A stretch of DNA of 64,000 bases from an uncultured delta proteobacterium (GTDB lineage Bacteria; Desulfobacterota; RBG-13-43-22). Below are positions 20,671-30,006 of the stretch, in pieces. The notes beneath the pieces are model-generated. The model worked only from the letters and a program-made list of their open reading frames with translations. It had not been told where the DNA came from and made no database searches. Location: NCBI GenBank assembly GCA_963843145.1, contig CAWJJC010000010.1, positions 64,001 to 128,000 of the forward strand, read 5' to 3'. The position numbers and the translations under genes are program-made. Positions within the stretch are counted from its first letter, which is position 1. Every line of letters starts with the position of its first letter.

Positions 20671-21009
20671 ATGGATAGCAGAAAGCTGTTGGATCCCATC
20701 ACTCCAGGAGAAATTTTGAAAGAAGATTTTTTGGAGCCTTTGAAGATCAGCCTCAACCAACTGGCCCGTAACATTGGGGTACCCCCCAACCGTATCAGCG
20801 AAATCGTCAACGGGAAGCGAATGATTACCGCCGACACCGCCCTGCGGTTACAGAGGTTTTTCGGAGTGGAGGCTCAGTTCTGGCTCAACCTTCAGTTGGA
20901 GTATGATCTTCGGTTAGCCAAACGGCAACGATGGACGGATATTGAAAAACAGATAATCCCGATTCAGGCTGCTCTCAAAATTATTCCGGAAGATTCGAGG
21001 CCAATATAG
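20671..21009 (+). CDS. higA: HigA antitoxin (orphan)
   Basis: PITPGEILKEDFL...RISEIVNGKRMITADTALRL...FWLNLQ. Confidence 0.9.
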   Translation: MDSRKLLDPITPGEILKEDFLEPLKISLNQLARNIGVPPNRISEIVNGKRMITADTALRLQRFFGVEAQFWLNLQLEYDLRLAKRQRWTDIEKQIIPIQAALKIIPEDSRPI

Positions 21010-21353
21010 AAATTGGATTCTATTTCGGTGGCAGGGACTTGGCGTAGGCCAGGCCAAGGTCCAGCCACTTTCTTGTAATCTTCGGTCCCGGCTAGTCTGG
21101 CCTTGGGGATCATCACCCACCCTTTCATGGCCTTTCCGGTGATGTCGAAGGCCAGCGCCCGTCCGGATTGGATTTCCTGGTGCGCCCGCTCCGGGAAACC
21201 GAGACGAACGATTAGATTGTCTTTGTAAATCCCGAAGGCCATGTTCCCGCCAACCAAATAACACACCCCGCCGAACATGCTCTTGGCTATCAGCCCCTGT
21301 TCCCCGACATAGAGTTCTTTGATGATCGCTTCGATTGCTTTGTCATAGGCCAC
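20964..21353 (-). CDS. TfoX N-terminal domain protein (3' end probably frameshifted)
   Basis: KSMFGGVCYLVGGNMAFG, MKGWV. Confidence 0.8.
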   Translation of the reverse strand: MAYDKAIEAIIKELYVGEQGLIAKSMFGGVCYLVGGNMAFGIYKDNLIVRLGFPERAHQEIQSGRALAFDITGKAMKGWVMIPKARLAGTEDYKKVAGPWPGLRQVPATEIESNFYIGLESSGIILRAA

Positions 21354-21378
21354 GGTATAATCTCCTTCCTCTTAAAAG

Positions 21379-21436
21379 GTGGAACAGACGTCCTCGCCTG
21401 TTACCGACCAACCCCAGCCGGGGGCGGCTGGGCTAC
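21379..21436. repeat. REPIN-like pair of GT(A/G)G REPs
   Basis: gtggaacagacgtcctcgcctgtt ... cccagccgggggcggctgggctac. Confidence 0.6.
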
Positions 21437-21452
21437 AAAAAGACCTTTGCAA

Positions 21453-22395
21453 TTATTTCTTTCTGCGAAAGACCAAAACGGTACTTTCCAGTTCCGGGGG
21501 TAGCACGAAACCGCTCAATCGAGGATCCGCCTGCCATTCAAACCGCTGTTGGCTGGTGTAGACTTCCCAGTTGCCGCCGGCAAACCGGTAACGGCTACCG
21601 ATGACCACATAGAGATCGACTCTGGGGGTTGAAAAAACCTCCTTTTCAAAGGAGTTCCCCGGAGGCGGCCAGGAGCAGAGAACGACTTGGGGTTTGTATT
21701 TTTCCAGGGCCTCTTTAGCGCCCAGTTTTTCCACCCGGTCCGGGTATTGAATGGCGTGCGTCCAACTGAAGTTGTCGGTGGCCGTGACCGGGACACCGGC
21801 CTCGATCAGCAGCGAGGCCAGCGTGCCGTCCCCGGCGGCGATCTCCAGGCAGGAACGCCGGTCGATCAGGCCGGCCAAGGCCTCAATCAGAGCGGTTGAG
21901 TAAAAGCAGTAAATACCCCGGGACTGTACCAGCGGCATCAGGAAACGCTTCTGGGAGATCAACGGCCACCAGAACCTGAACCACCCCAGGGAGACCGGTT
22001 TGCGCTCCAGGCCTTTTCTGAACAGAAGCCGCTGGATAATCAATCCGTTGACCAGATTGAAGCGGATCTTCCCCGAGGCTTTTCCGCTGGCGGCGGCCAG
22101 GTAGCACTTTTCCAGCCCCTGCAGGAGCATCCGGCTTTTAATCAGGTGCGGCAGGGCGCTGGCGATGACCTGGGGATTCTGGCCGCTCTTTTCAATGCGC
22201 CGGGTCCAGAGATCCAGGTCCGACCGGGCTGTTCGTGGCGGCCTCCTCCGTGGTCAGCGCCTTGGAGTTTTCCAGCGCGGCCACCAGCTTTCTACCCGCC
22301 TCCTCCCACTCGCCGGGATAACGATCCATGAGTTCCTGGAGGGGAGGATTGCTGTTCAACCACCTCAGAGAGGCTTTCGCCTCGGAGTGCTTCAT
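21453..22395 (-). CDS. Putative class I SAM-dependent methyltransferase-like protein, frameshifted
   Basis: LEIAAGDG motif I and CSWPPPG; N-terminal part in ORF 22192-22395. Confidence 0.6.
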
Positions 22396-22865
22396 CGATT
22401 CCCTTTTTTCAAAAGCCGCCGGTCAAACTCAAGATCTTTGACTTCTAAAATGGTCACCCGGACTATATCCGAATGCCCCGGGTTGATCAGGATATTATGC
22501 TCCTGCTCGACGACTGCCGACGGCACCCGCAGCAGGAGGCTGCGTTTGGAATGGATCCATTCGGTCCCCAGGTCGGCCAGTTTGCGAGAGGCGGGGTAAT
22601 GTCGCCAGTCCTTAGGCAGATCCACGGCTGAGAGGCTCTCCGGTTGAATCTCGTTGGTTAACTCGAGGGTCGCGATGCCCAGGTCGCTGGGGGCCTGCAT
22701 CCAGGAAACGTGGACCAGAAACTCGACCATAGCCAAAGATCGGGTTTCCGAGGTATAGAGTATTGCGGTTCCCCGGTGATTCCAACGGCCCCCATAGGTT
22801 TTCGCGCCGATACCGGTCAGATCGTTCAAATGCCTTTTCCTGGCGATCCGGTAGACGAGCATCAA
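22392..22865 (-). CDS. RES-domain toxin (MbcT/ParT-like)
   Basis: GGRWN, YTSE..SLAMVE, LRVPSAVV...NILINP. Confidence 0.9.
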   Translation of the reverse strand: MMLVYRIARKRHLNDLTGIGAKTYGGRWNHRGTAILYTSETRSLAMVEFLVHVSWMQAPSDLGIATLELTNEIQPESLSAVDLPKDWRHYPASRKLADLGTEWIHSKRSLLLRVPSAVVEQEHNILINPGHSDIVRVTILEVKDLEFDRRLLKKGNR

Positions 22866-23293
22866 GAGAAGATTCCGTGTTCGATTCGCCCCAGCTCTTC
22901 CAGGACTATTTCGTTCCCGAACCGCGAATTCAGAAGCGACGCCGGCGTTCTGTTCCTCAAGGCCGGAGAAGGCGTCCTCAACCAGGAACTAAACCGCTCG
23001 CGGTCCCCAAAGACCTCTTCTCCCCGGACCACAACCTCGGCGATCTGCAGGATGTGTTCGGAAACGATCCTGTTAAAGCGGTGGTTGCGGCGGTAGCGCT
23101 GAATCGTCCGCTCGGTCACCGGCAGCATTTCGGCCATCTGAGCGAGCGACAAGTGCAAATGCTTGGCCAGATGAAGCAGGGCTTCCTTGGTCAGTCCCTT
23201 ATCGCTGAGATCCAGGAGGTCGAGACGGCTGGCGATCACGCCCTCGAAAGCCTTTTTCCCTCCCAAGACCCCGGAGATTTCCGATAATTCCAT
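22862..23293 (-). CDS. Xre/MbcA/ParS-like antitoxin
   Basis: HTH then VFGDRERFSSWLRTPSPALRNRTPASLL...LGRIEHG; ATG 23293 after AGGAG. Confidence 0.9.
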   Translation of the reverse strand: MELSEISGVLGGKKAFEGVIASRLDLLDLSDKGLTKEALLHLAKHLHLSLAQMAEMLPVTERTIQRYRRNHRFNRIVSEHILQIAEVVVRGEEVFGDRERFSSWLRTPSPALRNRTPASLLNSRFGNEIVLEELGRIEHGIFS

Positions 23294-23316
23294 ATCTGGA
23301 CTCCTTTCCCGAATAA

Positions 23317-23359
23317 CGACATTTGTCGATATAATAGCGTCTTTTGTCGTAATTGTCAA
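23317..23359 (-). promoter_or_regulatory. Promoter/operator of Xre-RES operon
   Basis: TTGACA-17-TATTAT on minus strand; CGACA-TT-TGTCG palindrome downstream. Confidence 0.6.
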
Positions 23360-23374
23360 AGAAATGTAGAAAAG

Positions 23375-23405
23375 GTAGATTGGGTAGAGCGAAGCGAAAC
23401 CCAAC
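23375..23405. repeat. GTAG-type REP
   Basis: gtagattgggtagagcgaagcgaaacccaac; related to 50994-51075. Confidence 0.6.
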
Positions 23406-23510
23406 AAAGGAGGAAGTAGCGAATCCCGTCGACTTGATTTTAATTGACTCCGAGCGGTTGTCAGCCATACCATAGGCGATACGATAGAAGGTGACCAGGA
23501 TAAGCGAAAA

Positions 23511-23846
23511 ATGATGCAACTTTTAATCAAAGTTTCGCTCAGCGTGGCTATTATTCTTCTGGCCACCTTTACCGCCAAGCGATTCCCCTCCATTGCCGGT
23601 TTGATCGGCGTCATGCCTTTGACCGGGGCCTTGGTTTTGGGTTGGGTGTATTTGGAAAACCGCGGCGACCCAAAGATCATGACGGCTTTTACCAAGGGGG
23701 CCGTCTGGGGCATGTTGCCCAGCATCTTGTTCTACCTCGTCGCCTTGTTCTGCCTCAAAAAGGGATTTCCCCTGACGATCGTTCTCGGTTCGAGCTTCGC
23801 GGCCTGGTTCCTGGCGGCCGCCGTTCACCAATGGGCGTTGAAATAG
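23511..23846 (+). CDS. DUF3147-like small membrane protein
   Basis: AKRFPSIAGLIGVMPLTG. Confidence 0.75.
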   Translation: MMQLLIKVSLSVAIILLATFTAKRFPSIAGLIGVMPLTGALVLGWVYLENRGDPKIMTAFTKGAVWGMLPSILFYLVALFCLKKGFPLTIVLGSSFAAWFLAAAVHQWALK

Positions 23847-23861
23847 AAAGGCTCTTATTTT

Positions 23862-23990
23862 ATTGACGACCTGCGAAATGCCATCGGCCTCCTGAAACTG
23901 ATTTCCCAGGGAGAAGAAGATATCAAAAACGGGAAGTCAAAGTCACAGGAAGAGGTATTCGCCGGCATCGACCAGAAGCTTAAAGAATGA
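23862..23990 (+). pseudogene. C-terminal remnant of Phd/YefM-type antitoxin
   Basis: Own translation: NAIGLLKLISQGEEDIKNGKSKSQEEVF; no start codon. Confidence 0.55.
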
Positions 23991-24142
23991 CTATGGAAGA
24001 AATACATTATACCCCGGTGCATCCTGGGGAGGTCTTGCGGGATAAATTGGAAAAAATCCGTTTGACCCAATCAGCTTTAGCCAAGCATATCGGCATCCTC
24101 CCCAAGACCATCAATGAAATCTGCCGACTTTATAGAAATTAA
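23987..24142 (+). pseudogene. Truncated HigA antitoxin
   Basis: Own translation: PVHPGEVLRDKLEKIRLTQSALAKHIGILPKTINEICR, then early stop. Confidence 0.7.
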
Positions 24143-24173
24143 ACCCATCGCCGCCTAAGAAGATGCACACGGC

Positions 24174-24476
24174 ATGAAAAAACCCAGGCGAAAACTTTCT
24201 GCGGCCGAGAAGGCGGGAAAGAGACGGCGCCGGAAGGAATATATGACCATCTTCATCAATGGGAAACAGAAGCGGGTCAAACGTCCGCCGACCGTCGAGG
24301 GTCTGGAGGTCGATGAATTCATCCGTAGAAACGCAGACCCTATCTGGTTGCATCAGAATGAAATGTGGGAGTATATGATTGAAGAAGAGGCCTCCCTTGA
24401 AACAAGGGGTCAAAAGGTCATCGAAGTCTCACCAGACATAACGCCGGTGGTTGGTGAGCTAACCGCCAGGCACTAA
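24174..24476 (+). CDS. Hypothetical protein
   Basis: Basic N-terminus; FINGKQKRVKRPPTVEGLEVDEFIRRNADPIWLHQNE. Confidence 0.55.
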   Translation: MKKPRRKLSAAEKAGKRRRRKEYMTIFINGKQKRVKRPPTVEGLEVDEFIRRNADPIWLHQNEMWEYMIEEEASLETRGQKVIEVSPDITPVVGELTARH

Positions 24477-24872
24477 GCTGCCCGACGACACCTTCCAACC
24501 AGATACACCGATATCCCCCGGGGATGAAATCGGCCCAAAAATGAGAGGCATCAACGTCGACATGGCCATGAAGCTTCCCGTGCTTTGAAGCTCCGCTCCA
24601 GCAAGCCGGCTCCGAGGGGGTCCACCCTCATCTCTTTTGTCGCTTAGTGCGAAGTACACCTACTAATCCTCCATCCTTGTAGCCCCGAAAGTTAAGGATT
24701 ACAGATAAAAGTATTCTATGGGGAATGCCCCGATTGAGACCCCATAGATCTATTGTGATCCTTCCCTATCGGTTCCGTTCTTCATGCGTAAATCCAAAAT
24801 TGCTCCCAAGGCTTCGAATAGCTGCATTTTTTTCTCTTAAGCAACTTTGAATTGATGCTTATTCGAAATGTG

Positions 24873-25043
24873 CTATAAAATTAAAAAACGGGCGCTGTCC
24901 CTAAATATTACCCATGGCAGATACGAACCATCAGGGCGAACTGAATCGACTTTCATTGCCTTGTTTGAAACTTCCCGTCGTCTCCCGCGATTCGTCACTT
25001 GATACCAGGCGCCCGGATATTCTATTTTCAAAGGTCGGGACAT
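24873..25043 (-). pseudogene. N-terminal remnant of REP-associated tyrosine (HUH) transposase
   Basis: MSRPLKIEYPGAWYQVTNRGRRRE, a typical RAYT/Y1 N-terminus; truncated. Confidence 0.75.
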
Positions 25044-25302
25044 AACCAACCATATACCACAAATCCTTCTTAAGAGCCAAAAGCGAAATTGACCTCTTTT
25101 ATCATGTCGGTTATCCTTCTTGGCGCAGTAAACCACCTTGACCTCATCAAAAAAATAAGGGGTCCGCATCAAAAGAATACTATTTTTACCCCATTCCATT
25201 CTTCCGAAAATATTAGTATTTTCAATTTTGGGGGCAAGTCCTTCAACCCTAACCCAAAATGCTTTGCCTTAAGTTAACAGGTCCTTGCGGAGGAGTGATT
25301 TT

Positions 25303-27600
25303 ATGAATACTCGTAGATATCGTGACCCGAATAGTCTGTTTATAATTCTGCCTCTGATCTGGGGGACCATCTTGGGGTTGTGGACCACCCCTGGTTCGGC
25401 TTCGCCAATCGAAAATTCAAGGGATGTTAAATTATCCCGCCCACCACTGCGATTTGAGATTAACGAGGGACAAACCCACCCGCAGGTTCAATTCACCGCG
25501 AGGGATCGCGACGGAATCGCCTTCTTGACTCCCGGCGAAACGGTATTGCAGATCTCCAGGAGAATGGATCGGCCGGATTCCGGCCCCGAATGGGAAAGGC
25601 GGCCGGTCCATCGGTGGGGCCGACCTTTGAATCCTTTTATATTCGTTTAAAAATAGAGGGCGCGAACCCGAACTCCAAGGTAACTGGAATAGAGCGGTTG
25701 CCGGGGGTGACCAATTACCTAATCGGCGATAACCGGCAGAACTGGCGGACCCAGGTTTCCGGCTATGCCAAAGTCAAATACGAGGAGGTTTATCCCGGGA
25801 TCAATCTGGTCTACTACGGAAACTATGAGGGCCGCCTGGAGTATGACTTTATCGTGGCGCCGGGCGCGGATCCCAACCGGATAATTCTTTCCGTCGAAGG
25901 CGCACGGGACGTAGCCATTGACCCGTCGGGTGATCTGGTCATGAGCACCGACCTCGGAACGATACGCCAGCAGGCCCCCAGGGTCTATCAGGAGATAAAC
26001 GGGAGGCGGAAGGAGGTGGACGGGGGATATAAGATAATTGAGGGAGTAGAGTCTGCCGGACGCAAGATTTTGGCCTTCGCGCTGGGGAATTACGACCGAA
26101 ACCGGCCGCTGGTGATAGATCCCGAGATCGTCTATGCCACCTACCTCGGCGGGTCGTCGACCAGCACTGTGGCCAACGAAGGCGCCCGCGGGGTGGCCGT
26201 GGACAGCCAGGGGGAAGCTTACATCGTGGGGGTAACCATATCGGCGGATTTCCCGACCCTGAACCCGGCCCAGGGCACGCTGCGGGGGTTCAGCAACGCC
26301 TTCATCACCAAACTGGACGCCAACGGCCAATGGTCATTCGACCTACCTGGGAGGCAGCGGTTTTGACGAGGGCACCGTCATTAAAGTCGACGCCACCGGC
26401 GCGGCCTATGTGGGGGGGAGCACCTGTTCTACGGAATTTCCCTACAGTCAATGCGCAGCAGGGGACCTACGGGCTCAATTGCGACGCCTTTGTTGCCAAG
26501 TGAGCCAAACGGGTCCCAGCTCGTTTATTCCACCTACCTGGGAGGGGCTGACCGGGAAAGCGTGGCGGACTGGCATTGGATACGGACAATAATCTGTATG
26601 TGGTGGGCAACATCTCCCCGGCAGCGGGGATATCGGCCAACGATTTTCCGACCGTCAACCCCATCCAGGCCACCTATGGCGGAGGTTCCCGGGATGGTTT
26701 CCTGTCGGTTGTCAACTCCGCCGGTTCCAGCCTGCTTTTTTCAACCTACCTGGGAGGGAATGGCGATGATTTTTTTCAGTCGCTTAAACTTGAGGCAGGC
26801 AATGGCGATGTGTATTTGAGTTACTTCAGTGATTCCGACAACTTTTCAAATAGCCTCTCATCTCCGACGCCTTCCCTGGAAGTAACCTTCAAGAAGAAGG
26901 GGAAGATTAAGTTGCGGGATATCGGAGAGAAAGTATTTTTTATTTTTAAGCTGGTGGAAGAAATCGTCAACGACCCATCGGTAGACCCTTTCTTCAAAAT
27001 GGTAATCGAAGAAGCCACTGGTATTTTTATACGCGTGCTCGCTGAAAACACAACCGGCGGCATTACCTTGAACCACGTACAAGCTGATTCAGTTCCAGCC
27101 CTGCAACCCCAGGCCTTGGGTGGTCTAGATGTAAAATTAAGCTCCTTCGACCAGAATTTGAACGTGATCCGACGGTCTTCTTCGGCGGCAGAGGCGAAGA
27201 GACGGTAAGCGCAATGGCGGTCGATCGTCAGGGCGCCGTTTACGTCATCGGTAGCACCATGTCGACCGATCTGCCGACCGTCAATCCCATCCAGGCCGCC
27301 CATTCGGGGGGCGATGCCTCCGACGGTTTCCTGGCCGTCTTCCACCCCCAGACCATGTCGCCCATATTCGCCACCTACCTGGGCGGCACCGGGGTGGAGT
27401 TTCTAACGGCATCACCGTCGATGCCCAGGGCTATATGTACATCGTCGGTGAAACCTGGGCGGCTTCCCGACCCCCACAGCCAACGCCTATCAGAACCAGT
27501 TTCGCGGGCGCACCGACGCCTTCCTCATCAAGATCTCGCCGGTCACCATCCCGCCGATCCTTCGGCTTTTTCTTCCTTTGATCCAGAAATAGCGCATTAA
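25303..27600 (+). CDS. Secreted SBBP-repeat (beta-propeller) protein, multiply frameshifted
   Basis: Signal peptide; FEINEGQ, YPGINLVYYG, LEYDFIVAPGADP, LVIDP; repeated YSTYLGG / DFPTVNP. Confidence 0.8.
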
Positions 27601-27746
27601 GGAGACAAGCTGCCTTCCTCGATATCGCCTTTGAAGACCCGTGCATAGGAATAAATTGCCACCTACCGAGAGTTGAGACGGTTCCCGATTGGCGTTTGTT
27701 TAATTGACAGGCGGAAAACTGGGTCGGACCCCAATCCCTCATGCAA

Positions 27747-28640
27747 TTACCTCAGAATAAGCGGTAGATAAATATTCTTTCTAATTGGGGCAAAGGCCAA
27801 ATCGTAGCTGATGTTATTCTGGGCTATCAGTGTCGCGATCCCTGTGCTTTTATCCAACACATAAAAACCACCAGTGCTGCCGAAAGCAGCATAGAGAGTA
27901 CCATCGCTAGGATCAATCGCCAACCCGCCAAAACCACCTATTGTTACCCCGGGGTTTCCTATGGAGGTATAGGAGCCAGTGGCAGGACTCACTGTGCCCA
28001 GAGAGTTGCCAATAGCATCAAGCGCATAGAATTTTTGACCATCAAAAGCCAGCCCATTCAGGTCGCGGTTTTCACCTGGGACTGGTCCCAGTACCGTGGC
28101 GATACCTGTGGTGGGGTTGATCGTGAACATCGCAGCGTTACCAGCATTCCCTTGATTTACTCCGAACAATTGCCCTGACGCATCAAATGCTAGTCCGCCT
28201 TCGAAAACGAAGAATCCTAATGGCCCAACTGCAGTGGCAACCCCATTGGTTGTATTGATCGTGTACAACCTTGCGCCCGAACCGATACTAGTGCCGTATA
28301 GAGTCCCGTTACCGTGGAAGGCTAAAGCTCCTATTGCGATCTCAACTGGTCCGTGGGGACCAATCAGGGCGGCGCTTCCGGTGGTTTTGTCGATCATAAA
28401 TAAATTCAGACCATCTGTAGCATACAAACCTCCTGAGACCGGAGTTTGTAACACTGCGGCAGGAGCAGATGTGAAATCTTTATGAAGTCCATCTTCGCTA
28501 TTGGTGGAATAGCCGAGCACACCGGTCAAAGGCGATATAACTCGTGGCACCACTTTCATTGCCGGAGCAGCCGCTGCCCAAGTTTCCAAAAAACCCAACC
28601 CGATGGTCAACACGAATGCGATAATAAGTCGAAATTTCAT
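27747..28640 (-). CDS. Secreted beta-propeller-like repeat protein with C-terminal YLPLILR tail
   Basis: Signal peptide; repeats GLAFD..G.LY / IDxxTGxAT; ends NIYLPLILR. Confidence 0.75.
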   Translation of the reverse strand: MKFRLIIAFVLTIGLGFLETWAAAAPAMKVVPRVISPLTGVLGYSTNSEDGLHKDFTSAPAAVLQTPVSGGLYATDGLNLFMIDKTTGSAALIGPHGPVEIAIGALAFHGNGTLYGTSIGSGARLYTINTTNGVATAVGPLGFFVFEGGLAFDASGQLFGVNQGNAGNAAMFTINPTTGIATVLGPVPGENRDLNGLAFDGQKFYALDAIGNSLGTVSPATGSYTSIGNPGVTIGGFGGLAIDPSDGTLYAAFGSTGGFYVLDKSTGIATLIAQNNISYDLAFAPIRKNIYLPLILR

Positions 28641-29112
28641 TCTATTTCTCCTTTAGGTTGTTTGCAAATGTTTTATGCCTAATATGTCATTAAAAAGTAC
28701 TGTGATCTCCATTACAAAGATATGATCTTAAGTTTACCGTAAGCGTTTGATCCCGCCTCACCTCATCAAACCACAACCCCCACCTCTTGGTTGAGAAATG
28801 GGGTTTCCTAAATTCCTCCATTTTCTTGCCCTCTTTTAGGGTTGAGTGGCGTTGCTGGAAAACGGGTTATCTTACTGTTTTGGGTCTTAAATGAATCCCA
28901 TTATATACAATTTTTGAAATAGTAAATAGGAGGTTCTTCATCGGGCAGGTACCCTTAATTTGGGCAGGTCCTTCAACAATTTCCGTTTGAAATCTTCTCA
29001 AAAGGGCAATCCGTCAAAAACAATTCAGGAAGCTATACGTACTAAAATCTGATTTTCTTATTGAAGTTAATGGGTTAGGTGTTGTTTAAAATCTCATAGT
29101 TTTGTTTTTTCG

Positions 29113-30006
29113 TCAAGGATTATTTGGGTGGCCAGCCGTTTGTTGCCTGATCACCTCCATGGCTTTGAAGTAGTCTCTCTGCACCTTAAGGTTTGATATC
29201 CGGCAGTACCGTTGTGTGGTTTTCACATGGCTATGACCCAAGAGATCTTGAATGGTGGAGAGATCGGCATCGGCATTGAGCAGCTGGGTGGCCATGGTAT
29301 GCCGAAGATGATGACAGGACACCTTGAGCTTGGCCTGGCGGGCATAAGTTTCCATGCGCCGCTGAATGCCGCGGATGGAGATGGGCTGCCCCTGGCAAGG
29401 CTTCTTTTCCGCCAGGAAGATCTTTCTGGATCTGGATGGAGGCCTCACCCTCAAATAGGCGGCCAGGGCCTGAAGGGCATCATGGCTCATATAGACGACC
29501 CGATCTTTTCCGCCCTTACCGTCTTCAACCAGGATAGTCCTGCGTTTGACGTCTATGACCCCGATCGTTAGCTGGGCGACTTCTTCCACCCGTAACCCGC
29601 AACGGAGCATGAGCATGAACATGGCCCGGTCACGGACGCCCTTGATGGCCTTGAAGAAGGTCTCCACCTGATCATCTCTCAGGTGCCGGGGAAGGGGCTG
29701 GGACATCTTCTGGAGATGAGTCTTCTTGATGGGATTGGTGATAATCACCCCTTCCTCATCCCGCAGGTAATGGTAGAACTGGCGAATACCGTTCAAGTGG
29801 CAGTTGACCGTCTTGGGCGCCAGCCTCTTCCTCATGAGATGCTCGATGTAGCGTGACACGGTTGCGTGGGTCACGGCCTCCACCGGCACATCCAGCCAGA
29901 GGATAAAGTGTTTAATGAGGTTCAGATAGTTCTTCACGGCATGGGGCGAACAGTTCCGCCGCTTTAAAAATCTCTGCCAGTTCAGGATCGCATCGGTCAT
30001 CGCCAT
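29113..30006 (-). CDS. Tyrosine recombinase (XerC/D-like), second gene
   Basis: GLRVEE, GKGGKDR, HHLRH, LGH, QRY: complete R-K-H-R-H-Y set. Confidence 0.92.
   Translation of the reverse strand: MAMTDAILNWQRFLKRRNCSPHAVKNYLNLIKHFILWLDVPVEAVTHATVSRYIEHLMRKRLAPKTVNCHLNGIRQFYHYLRDEEGVIITNPIKKTHLQKMSQPLPRHLRDDQVETFFKAIKGVRDRAMFMLMLRCGLRVEEVAQLTIGVIDVKRRTILVEDGKGGKDRVVYMSHDALQALAAYLRVRPPSRSRKIFLAEKKPCQGQPISIRGIQRRMETYARQAKLKVSCHHLRHTMATQLLNADADLSTIQDLLGHSHVKTTQRYCRISNLKVQRDYFKAMEVIRQQTAGHPNNP

Noticed and set aside
22862-23725. 287-aa extended antitoxin ORF
   Set aside because: The upstream part overlaps the DUF3147 gene and the promoter; the real start is ATG 23293 with an SD
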